DNA of 64,000 nt, taken from contig NW_019091357.1 in NCBI RefSeq assembly GCF_001949145.1, positions 2,890,859 to 2,954,858 of the forward strand, given 5' to 3'. Each line of letters begins with the position of its first letter. The first letter of the stretch is position 1. This DNA comes from Acanthaster planci (lineage: Eukaryota). The position numbers and the translations under genes are program-made. The notes beneath the pieces were generated by a model. That model did no database searches and was not told the origin of the DNA. It saw nothing but the letters and a program-made list of their open reading frames with translations. Of the stretch, positions 39,801-51,800 are shown piece after piece.

Positions 39801-42800
39801 ATGTTTTCAGATAGCAAATATGGAGTTGACAGTATGAACATGAAAACATGCAACCTGAACCATGTCTTCCTGGATTCACATCAAAGCAAAAGCACCCTCA
39901 CTTGTCCAGAAATGCCTTGGTCAAGTTTGAATGTTTAAAAAGTGCACTTTTCAGTTCCCCGTAACGCAAAAAAACAGTCCAACTGTCTTCATGCATTGCA
40001 GAACGGTACAGAGATACACAAAGAGTGTTTCTAAGATAAATTCATTTCCTGGATCCTTTAATGGTGGAGGTGGGAGGAACTTTTGGGTATTATTAAGTAA
40101 TTTTTAACCCTTGATTTTTATCGACTGTATTCCATTTTTTTTTTGGTTTTTCTCCCTTTTTTTCTTTTCTCCTTTCTCCATTTTATTCATTCTCTTTTGT
40201 CCCCCTAACCCCTTCGGCGATGCCCATGTATTTACCCTCTCCAGACCCTCTCTTTCCCTTACACCTGCAGGTGCCAGATGTTGGGTTCATGTTGAATTCT
40301 GCACGATAAGGTTCACCGCATCCGTGTCGGGTTTTGATGATTTCCAATTTTATTTTTTTTTCTTTGTTCCCTTTTGCAGCCAACAAGCATGTCAGCTACG
40401 ACGTCAAGGACGGCATCGCTGTCATACGGATGAACTCGCCTGACTCCAAGGTGAGGCCAGCGACATCAGCTCTCACGCATGCATATCGTCATCAGGGTTT
40501 GTTCCCCAGGGAACTGACAGGTGGATGTCGGGTCAACGAAGTGTCACCAATGACGCGGATGCACAAAACAGTTCCCCTTACACTCCTCAATCCCCCAATT
40601 TCAATGTGATTTTGCATAACACCCGAGGGGTTAGGGACGTACTTGGCAACAGTTCTTATTTATATGAACAGCTGCCCCAGGGAATGATTTAGGAAAGGTT
40701 TAATGACTAAAAAAAAAATTCAAAATTGTTGAGGAAATGTTGGTCTCTCATCTTTTTTATCGACTGCATTTGATTTCTTCTCAAAGCTCTGCTTTTTTCT
40801 TGTTTTTTTGTCCGTGCACTTTCAGTGTACAACTGTTGTCCCCTGGTACAGAGGGCCAGGTAGGATGGTTCAGTGCCTTGTAGAATGGCGCAACTTGTAG
40901 CGAATGCTGTTATTGTTGACTTTGCGTAAACACAGTGAGGCAGTGACCCACTTTGTGCAGGGCTTGGAGGGTCTGCAGAGTGCTGGAAAATGAATGTGGT
41001 TAAACGTACTCTCGCATCCTCTGCAAGTTTTTGGATCCAGTGGTTAACACTAGACTTGGCGTTCAAGCGATTTTATAGCCTCAATCATGTGACATGTTCG
41101 CTTATTCACAACGGATCAGGTCAACACCTTGTCCAGAGAGTTCAACAGCGAGATCGAAGGCGTGATGCAAGAGATTTGGCAGAACGACGCCGTCAGTGGG
41201 GCGGTTCTCATCTCCTCCAAGCCGGACTGCTTCATCGCTGGTGCTGATATCAAGTAAGGGAGAAAAAAAAAGTCTCGTTTTGCAGATGGGATTTCCTTGT
41301 AGTAATCTAGCTTATGTTAAAGAAATACAGGTTTATTTCCATAAGCTGGAATGGAGTACCCATAGGAGACATGTATTTCTCATATCGCAAACCAAATTTG
41401 ATCAATAAAAACCAGTGTGTTAGTCAATTTTTAAATTTTTTTTTTTTATTCCAAAGTGCGTGTACATAAAGTGGACGCGTATCAGTTGCTATTGGCTTGA
41501 TGCATGAACGAGCGAGGGTGCCCTCTTGCCCATACTCAGCTTTCCTTCGGGCCGATACCACCAGCTGGCATTTTAAAATCACTGGTTCACACGTGCCATT
41601 CCTCATTTACTCCAAGTGCGGTTTACCAGTGCAGATGGGTAAACTGGTTCCCGGTTTCCTCCCTTGTGTCTTCAAAACCATCATGTCTGACTTCATATAT
41701 ATGTGTACATGAAGTAATGGAGGTGGGAACCAGGCAGTCGGCTCAGCCTTTTCTCTGTTGTAGCCTGTTGTACATGTAGGAGCCACGCCTACAGTGCTCG
41801 GCATTGATTTTGAATTGGAAGGAAGATTATTCCATGAGCATCCAGCACGCCTCAGACAAGTCGGGTATGCAAGCAATGTAGAAATATTTCCCAGTACTTG
41901 GGTTTGTAGCAGAAATCAGCATACATGCTTTTTGTTCACGTCACAACACGGGTACATATATCTCTCAAGCCGCTGATCTGTTTCAAAAACTGTGTGATAT
42001 TTTCTAATTACAGTGGTTCCCGCCTCCATAACTCCCTGCACACTGTACGTCTTTTTAACACGGTTACCAGTTCAATAAAAGTCTAATTTCAAATTCATTT
42101 CCACAGCATGCTAGCTGCCTGCAAGACAGCTGAAGAGGTCAGTCTAAGTTTCATCCATTGCCCTCCCATCTGCCCCTCCCCTGTAAAACTCGCGGTTCTA
42201 TTCTTCCAACTGGAAGATCTGTGGGAAAAACTTATCAGTCCTGCTTGCCCCTTGCCACTTTTCTTGGCATTCATTTTCCAGCTTCACTCTTTCCAAAGAT
42301 TGACAGTCACAGCAGTTACGTGCACTGTACATGGCAACCGTCCAAATCTTGAGGGAAAAACCACACAGAAGTCGTGCCGTTTTTAACACGGTTACCAGTG
42401 TTTAGTGGGTGCTTTGTTACCCAATGGGGGCGTTTGACCTTGCCGGCACCGTACATTTTTTATCCATGTGCGTATGGCATGGCACTCGTCGACCTACATG
42501 TTGTAGCCTCTCTGCCACCTATCAGCGAGAGTGCTTACGTGGCTCTTTTTTTTCTCCGTCCAGATTACGGAGTTATCGACCAGCGGCCAGAAGCTGCTGG
42601 CCAGGGTGGAGTCCAGCTCCAAGCCGGTGGTGGCAGCCATCATGGGATCGTGCCTGGGAGGAGGACTGGAGGTAGGGAGTCTATTGCCTTTTTGTCCAGC
42701 TGCCACCGTGGTCTCGGTAGACAGTTTGAAGGCCGCGTTCAAAGCGGGCCTCTAGAGTTATGGCTGCGGCCGTTGTCAGCACCTGCTGTCTGTGTTTACA

Positions 42801-45800
42801 ACTGGTGGAGACATAGACGTAGCCTTAGACGACTGATTCAGGCACGGCTTGGTCACTCTCTGCTGTAATGTCGTCCGCAGCAGATTTTGGACAAACAAGG
42901 TTGCCCAGATGGAAGATAAAAATACTGTTGCATATCTCTATGACTGCCAGAGTTGTGCATCACATTTGACCCTTGTGACCATACATGAATGTGCATAGTG
43001 ATTGACCTGCCCTGCGTGTTGCCGCTGTGCTCTTGCCCCGCCCTCCTGCCACGCGGGCGGGAGACACTTCCGTCGCGCACTGCAGCCAGCCTGCTTGCGG
43101 CTGACCTGCACCAGCGTTGCATCCTTTCGCATTACGTATGCTGTATTTGCACACAGTCTGCTTAGAGACAGCGGCAGGGTAGTCCTCATTGGTTATTCCT
43201 CTAAAGAGTTACATGTATATTCATGATACGAGAAGCCCGAATTCTCTATAAAAGGCAAGGATTTCCCAACTCTTGCCGTCTTGCTGCCTGGCCTGACCAC
43301 TCGCTGTCGTGCGACACTGACCACGAATTGTTGTGCAATCCGATACATGTTATGGGTAACAGAGTGTTGTGCTGTTCGAGGTAGTAGCCCTATCTGTTCA
43401 GGCACACTTAGCTGCGTGGCTGGCAGAGCCTTTAGCGGCCCACTCCCCATGCGGTCAGCCCGTCTGACGGAACTTCCACCCCTTGGTCGGTTGACAAACT
43501 TGCCTTGCCTGGTAGTAAATACTTGTAGTCCGATACTCTTAAACCTTAGTTGCAGTACTGAACGCTGCCATGAATCAATGGATGCCACCTTTGCTACTTA
43601 TTGTACTGTGCATAACCAAAGGAAGAAGTTGTGAATGAACCAGAGTCTAACTGTCACCTGAAAGTCTTGCTTCCTGCCGTGATTTTAATTGTTAACCCCA
43701 GTATTAATTAATCCCAATATTAGGAAACGCGACAATACAGTATAAAATGTATAGAGCCTAATGTACAGTATGTTTTTTGTCCTCTCTGAGAAAGATTGAC
43801 AGGCAGAAAACTTTTTCGGCCATTTTCCAAGGTTTTTACAAGGTTTTTAATGCATGTGATAAATAAGGAATTTTTACTGTTCAAACGGCATTTAAAGTAT
43901 TCTGAGATGGGACAAATAGATTGTACTGTTTAGGCTGGTAGTCGTGCAGCATTGGGTACCCAGTGCTGATCTTCAGGATGGCGGATCTCAATCGCAAATC
44001 TTGCAGTTTGTATGATGTCGAAGCTGAGGCCGTGCTGAAGTGTGTCATGTTATGCTCTCTTGCGTTCCCCCGTCCAGGTTGCGATGAGTTGCCATTACCG
44101 AATTGCCGTGAACGACAAGAAGACCGTATTAGCTGCTCCAGAGGTGTTACTAGGCTTGCTGCCCGGGGCCGGCGGGACGCAGAGACTACCCAAGCTGGTA
44201 AAAAAAAGGGGGGGGGCTCACTCTCTTGAGACAACAATTAGGAAGACCTCTTTCCTTTTGTTTACAAACACCGACCTCCAGCTTGCGCAGACAGCCAAAG
44301 TTTGGATTCCAAAGATTGTATTTTCCAATGAGACTTTTTTGTCCTCCTAGGTGGGCGTTCCTAGTGCCTTTGATATGATGCTGACGGGCAAGAATATTCC
44401 GGCAAGGAAGTCGAAATCCATGGGTCTGGTAGATCGGCTTGTGGAACCACTAGGTGCGTGGATAATTTCGTGTCTGATTTGCAAATTCTCCCCACCCCCC
44501 CCACCCAAGAATTATGCCATTTTGTTTTTTTAAAGTTGTCTGGTTTTGTTACCCTGGGAGAGATGGCTCCAGTAAGTCGGTAGTTACCGAGATTTCTTCT
44601 CAAAAGGACTTTTTAGGAGATTGAATTTGTTTTGGTTCTGGGAGATGTACATTTGTACGATGATTTCTTAATAGTTGCTCGTCCCAGAGAGGAGACTTTA
44701 AACTGTGGTAGCCCTCCTTCGGCGCGTGGTTCACACACTGACGGCAGAAGGATTCTCAAAGTGGAAGGGGAGCCAATTGTTAGATCAGCCATTAAAAGCC
44801 TTCGTCGGCCAATCCATTAAGACTCGCCCCATTATTGAACCCTTTCCCGGGGAGAGAGGGGGACACTGGCCCCCTGCTTGTCACCGTCGCGTTGACATCA
44901 ACAGCCATTCAGTGTTGGTTTGTCTTGGTCGGAATGCGACACTCCGTTCACTTTCACAAAAATCTTCACCGGTCCACCCCCTTTGACAGGTCCCGGTTTG
45001 AAGTCGCCACGGGAGAGAACGCTGGACTATCTGGAAGACGTTGCAGTGGATGCGGCCAAGTCTGTATACACTCACACTTTTTTGGGTCTAATCTTGAAAA
45101 TAAAAAGTTGATTCTGTGCACGCGCTTTGAAAGCGTGGAGCCCAGAAAAACAAGCTTTCCGAGCATGGAAGCTTCCCAGCGAGAGACGGAACAAAATTTC
45201 AGCCTATGACAGTTAAGTTTCATATTGTGTCGAAGGTACGAATACTGTTTAAGAAACTTTCCTTCAGCCAAAGCCTGTTTCGTGCCCACTGAGCGCTTTC
45301 CTTTAAAGCACGATTAGGAACGTGCTTTGATTAGCATGGCACTGTGTTTATGGGCACTCTAGTTTTTACCTCAAGGGTCATGTTTCTTTGTCTTTTTTTT
45401 GGGGGGGGGAAGAACTGTGTGATATTTTGGAATAAGGGTTTATTGATGTCATTGACTTCCCCCAATGCAGAGACATTGTGTCCAAGAAGCTCAAGACAGA
45501 AAAGGTCAAGGGACTTGCCCAGAGTAAGTGATCAGGGAGAAGTGTTTGTGGCAAAAAGGTGATTTTAAGTCTCCAAGAGCCAAGCTATTTAGGACAATCC
45601 CGCAGATCCCCCCCGGAACTCAACCGTCACATGCCCTATTGTGGTTAAATTTAGCATGGATGTTAAGGCATACATTATCTGTACTTACGTGAAGTTTCAA
45701 TTCAATATGAGCTAGAGTTTTGCTGTAATGGTCATTTGAAGTTCACAACCTTAAATGCGTCAGCCCCACAGGCATGGAGCACGCAATGGAAATACTGTGG

Positions 45801-48800
45801 ATTTTTTAGCTGACCTGTCTCAGAAAAACGGGCGTTGTACGAGAATGGCATCTCCGATGTTCATGAAATCAGTGTCAAACCTCTCAGGTCTCGGTGCTTG
45901 AAAAAACGCACTGCAGTGATGCTGAAGAAAGTTCAGGTCTAGGTTTTACAAAAAAATTGACAAAATAGGTCTTTCACAGTTGGAATGCAAAGCAATGGGT
46001 ATTGCAAAGCATGCAAAGACCAACATGGTGCAAGTGTGACAGCATCGCTTACAGTCGACTGATGGTAATGCTTTGGATGCTCTGCGGTAATACACCAACA
46101 AATAAGCTGATGCCGACTGATGTGACTACTTGGGACCCACAAATAAGCATGCCCGACTGATGTGACTACTTGGGGCCCATTCGAGTGAGACTCTCCTAAT
46201 GCCTGGTTCGTGCATGGTGTTACAGCCGGAGTCTTTTATGCACATCGATGCAAACGCGTGCCGCTCAGTCACACAAGGCATATGCGTACCGCTAGTCGGG
46301 TCTTTGTGTATTCATGCAAACCTTCAAATCTTGAGTGACCAGTTAAGAAAAGTGAACTTTTTAGAGGTAGCTGGAATATCAATTCTGGGGAACAGACGGA
46401 ACCTGACAGTGGGTATACTCAAGGTAGGTGGTTTGCAGTAACACCATGAATCAAGATGAGTATGTGTGTCTCGTAAAGGATCCGGTTTACTCACACATAC
46501 AAAAGTGAGAGCGATATTTGCTACATGGTATTCCTGCAAACCGCTTACGTTGGTCTTTGTATGTTTCTCCTTCCAGGGGAACTTACTGGAAATAAATAAA
46601 AAAACATGGGTTATTTGGGCCAAATGCCCGAAGAGGCCATGACCCGATGAATTTAACTTGCAGCTCACCCTTCCAGCTGCTCTTTCCACTCTCTTGACAG
46701 AGCTGACGGATTACGTCATGAGCCTTGGCTTTGTCAAGAACCAGATCTACAAGCAGGTCCACGGAATGGTGATGAAGAACACCCGGGGTCTCTACCCAGC
46801 ACCCCTCAAGATCATCGACGTAAGTCCCAGTCAGAGTTAGTTTGGGATCATGGCACCAGGCATAACTACCGTCATGGAAAGTGACGTAAATGAATTGTTC
46901 CAGAGACTTTCTTGAAGTGTGAAGTGCATATGTGAAATATTTAGACAAGATTCTACCTTGAATGGCGCTATCCTGTGCTAATCAGCTCAAACCAGACCTT
47001 GCTTTCAGCCAACTCAAAACTTGCCAATCCATTCCGATTCTAACAATTTCTTCCAACCCAACTTGTGTGATGCGTCTAGTACAATTTTCGCAGTCAGGAA
47101 TTTCAACCTCGGGCTCCGCAACCCAACCCCTGCCATCTGCCTCGCGGCAGTGATCGACCAGCATTGCAGTGTGCGCTGTTTCCATGGAATGCCCGTTACT
47201 GGGCACGTGTTACTTACTCATGTCGTTGTCATTGTTGCCTCGCTCAGGTCGTCCGGACAGGCCTCGATCAAGGACCCGAGGCGGGCTACCTAACCGAGGC
47301 CCAGAATTTTGGTGAACTGGGCATGACCCCTCACGCCAAGGGCCTGATGGGACTCTACACTGGGCAGGTAAGTCGCTCGGCCACACTGAAGTTAAAGATC
47401 GTCCTGCTCGTGCCCAGCCAAATTTTCTGGGCTTATCAACTTCCCCCGCTCAGCCACTCCCGGAACTACCGATAGGCTTCAGTCCTCGATTGTCTCCCGG
47501 GCCAAGTCACTTTACTTGAACTGAAGATATCACCTGATATACTCCTCTCCTGTTTTGGATTCCCCGAGTATTGCGTTTACAGGAGGAACTGGTAAAACTC
47601 TTGAATGCAAGTGGCTAGTCTAATGCACATGTATGTCTCTTAGGCTGCGTCCGAATATGTTGTCGGGCAGCGACTGGCGCTAAATCTTGATACCTGCCTT
47701 GTAGAAAGACGTGGGGACTCACTGACAACAGGCGTAACCATATCTTTGGAAACCAGTTTTTTTCTCAAGGCCTTAGTTATCGCTGACACAGGGGCTTTTT
47801 GTCATGAAAGGAGCAGCCACATTTAGGAGCACTTTTCTGGATATGGCAGAAAGCAGAAACTTTCGTTTTTTGTGGAGAACAATATTTATACTTACATCCA
47901 AGCCCCACTACAAGCCTCTTAGCTCCACCCCCTCTTTCCCCAATTCCATGTCTTTATCCCCCACCCCTTCACTGTCATTCTCACCCGACCTTATCCCGCC
48001 GCTCGTCACCACGGGTGCTGTTTGCCTTTCCAGGTCATCTGCAAGAAGAATCGCTTTGGGGCTCCGCAGCGCCCTGTGGAGACGCTGAGCATCCTGGGAG
48101 CCGGCCTGATGGGCGCCGGCATCGCACAGGTCAGCATCGACAAGGAGATGCACGTCATCCTGAAGGACATGTCCCTGGAGGGGCTGGCCCGGGGAGAGGA
48201 CCAAATTTACAAAGGGTAGGTGAGGCCCTTCCAAGGGCGCAGCCCCTCTGAGCAATTTCACAGGATCAAAACACATAGTGCAGTAGTGTCTTCCAGAGAG
48301 GAGATGTGAAATCGGCCAACCGTTGTTGCAGGCAAGACCACCTGAAGGCCTTCCACAAGTCCTTTCACGAGACCAGTTACAAATCCTATCACAAGACCAA
48401 GTAATGGAACAGAATGTCTCACCTCGTTTCAATAACTTGAGAGTTAGCTTGGAACTGATGAGGGACTTTTCAAGGGACTTGTCTATAGCACTGCTGCTAA
48501 CACCAACTCTCTCTTCCCTCAAAGCCAGCAGTTACTGACAAAAATTTATTTTCGAGAAGACTCATAGTGGTTTGTCGAGAAATTGATTTACCAGGGAAGT
48601 CGCGATTGGCATTTGATTTTGCCACCGCTGTGATCCACAGCAACCCTGAACCCACCAAACTACCGACACCTGGTTCAGGACAGAACAGACCAACCACTCA
48701 GTTCCAAGAGCAACAAATGGACCACCATTGGTTCACTGTGTGATCTTGGATATTGACAGGCTCCGCATACTTCCCAACAGAGGGGTTAAGGTGGTTAAAC

Positions 48801-51800
48801 CAAAATCAAAAACTCGCTTTCACTTTTCTGGCGTGTTCGTTACATCATTTTGTTTGATTTTTTGTTTCAGGTTCAACAAAAAGGCCAAAAGCAAGAGAAT
48901 AACTACGTAAGTTGATAAATTGCTATCGGGAAACGAGCTTTTTTTTTTCTGTAAACACTGCATGGCACGATTTGTACTGTTTGAGCGCACAAACATTTCC
49001 AGCAAAGCATAGCTGTCTGCCTGCCAAAGTGGCCATCGCCCAGCACTCTCTGTATTCATACATTTTCAACAGTCATGGTTGATTCTCTGAAATCTCTTGA
49101 TATGGGGGAGGACAGGTTTGAGAGGGACCATCTATTGTCCAACTTGACGGGTCAGATCGACTACAAGAACTTTGGCAAGTGCGACATGGTGATCGAGGCC
49201 GTCTTTGAGGACATCAACATCAAACACAAAGTGGTCAAGGAGGTCGAGGCCGTAAGTTAGATTAGCTTGTGGAATGTCTTGTCTTGTCTTGAGGTCAGAA
49301 AAACATTGACTTTAAACTTGATTGTCCTCTATCATATCCATTTGTACGATTCAGAAAATATTTGTTTGATTAAGCAAGACCTGCTTCTGTTACTTTATAC
49401 TGAGCCCTTGTACTAAAATAAGCTCAAACTTTTATTCATTTAGGAGAAATGCCAAGAAATGTCAGAACTGTGAAGTCTTTGTGTTGGGCATCTCCGTGGT
49501 AACCCCTTGGAGGGCAACGTTGTTTACACTGCTCCTACACCTGCAGAGTGTTGCACAATTTGATCAACCACATCTAAGCAATCATTTTTGGTTTCGTTTT
49601 GTGCAGGTCATTCCAGAGCACTGTATCTTCGCCTCCAACACGTCGGCCCTTCCCATCACTAAGATTGCCCAAGCTAGCGTCAGGCCGGAGAAGGTACACA
49701 CCTCAAGAGATGGAATTTAAGTCTAAACTTCAGTGTGAAAGTTACACTGGGCTGGGTTCCGACAGTCAGTCACACTCAGTCTTTACCATCAGTAATTTTC
49801 TTCACGCCAACGTTTCAGTACATCAGGCAGGCATGTTAACCCCCCCCAGGCCACTCTGAATTGACGTATGTACTTGCCCAGCGCTCTGTTAAATGCAAAC
49901 AGTCTTCAGGCTCATTGACAACACATCCTCCAAATCGCCGAAATGACTATAAATTCTTATTTTTCAATTTTTAAGGTAACACGACCCAGTTTTGCACCCA
50001 GTTCCCTGTGAAAAAGATAAATCAAGGAAAGCAAGGTCCTTTTGAATAGCATCCAGTCTAAAATAACCGACTTTGAGCCTAACGAGTCTCTGGCTTTAAC
50101 AGGTGGAAGGGCTTGCAGTAGCACCATGCGAAGGAATAAATTTCTCTTATGAGTATGTGTGGTTCAGAAAAGAACCGAGAGTATACTCAACGTTTTGGAC
50201 TGCGTGCTCAGTCCGTCGTCAGGAGCCCTTCCACCTGTCGCTGTCCTTTACCATGAATAGCCTGAAATTCCATCTCTGGCTTTAAATTACCGATAACAAG
50301 CCACGTTAGATACACTTAAATGATATTATCGAGCAAGTGTGCATGGTTTGCGTTGGATGCACGGACAAAAAAAAAATTGCCTTATAAAAGAGCTTTGCTT
50401 TTCTAGTGAACTTTTACACAACGTCCCTGAACAAGGATAAGACAACGTGCGTTTTTTAATTAATTTTCTTCGGAACCTTTTTTGTTTTTTCCCCTACAGG
50501 TCATCGGCATGCACTACTTCTCTCCTGTGGACAAGATGCAGCTGCTGGAGATCATCACCACGGACAAGACCTCCCAGGACACGGCCGCCTCGGCCGTCAA
50601 CGTGGGCCTGAGACAAGGCAAGGTGGTCATCGTGGTCAAGGACGGGCCGGGCTTCTACACCACCAGGATCCTGGGGCCCATGCTGTCCGAAGCCGTGCGA
50701 GTCCTTCAGGTAGGCAGGGTCGATCTCTGGCGCCTGATATTTTTTCTGTAGTATTCTTCACAAGTGAGCAGATCTTTAGAAGGAATTGTTCAAACAGAGG
50801 GACCCCCCTTGGACAGCCGAAAAATACTCCCCCGGCAGGGAACCCCATCGCTTCACTTCATTCAAATGAGCGGATCTTTTGAAAGGATTGTAGAAATGGA
50901 GGATCCCCCTTGGACAGACGAAAATAGATCCACCTGCTATCAAGCTTAAAATGAACACAGGCAATAACAGTCCTTTGTATGGTATCTTGAAGATCTCTGA
51001 TAAAACAAGTCCCAAAAGAAAACTGAACATTTCTGGCAGGAAAGACATGTAGGCTTGTTTTAGTACCATAATGTACTCACCATACTTAGGGATCTCATTC
51101 CAAAAAAGGACGACCTGCCCCCCCCCCACCCTGCCCCGCCCCCCGCCCCTCGAGGAAAATCTATGCATCGACCAGTGAGTTTCATTTAGTTGGTCATTTA
51201 TTCCCGTTCTTAAATTTCTGGAGTTTGCGATTTTTTTTAACCTACAGGAGGGAGTGAGCCCCAAGGATTTAGACAAGTACAGCACCTCCTTCGGGTGGCC
51301 TGTGGGCACCGCCACCTTGGCTGATGAAGTGGGTATCGACGTTGCCGCACACGTGGCCGAGTTCTTGGGAAGCTCTTTTGGCGAGCGGTTTTCCGGCGGC
51401 GACATCAACGTCCTTACAGACATGGTCAAGGCTGGCTTCTTGGGTGAGCAATTTAACTTTTACGACACTTCATTTAAACCCTTTTTTTTTAATCAGCATA
51501 TTACGCGTATGATAATCCCCCTATTCCCCCTTACTCTGGGTAAGTGTTTTTGATTTGACACTCATGCGACTTCTCACACTTTACTCGGGCCAAGTCTAAG
51601 TAAACGACCCGCCGAGCTGGTTACATGGGGAAGTAACCCACAATGCAATGCGAAAACATGGCAGTTCAGTTGATCACTTGCGAAGGAAAGTTGATGCCAT
51701 TGTGAAGGGTACAGAAAAATTGTTACATGTAGGGGCAAATTGGCTAAAGTCCGGGAAGTAAGTTACATGAAACAAAGGCCAGATTTTTGCGTGTGGTTGC

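Noticed and set aside
50776..51429. 217-aa minus-strand ORF (also 47908-48522 and 12804-13430)
   Set aside because: These overlap real exons on the other strand or frame and run into intronic sequence; no domain signal.
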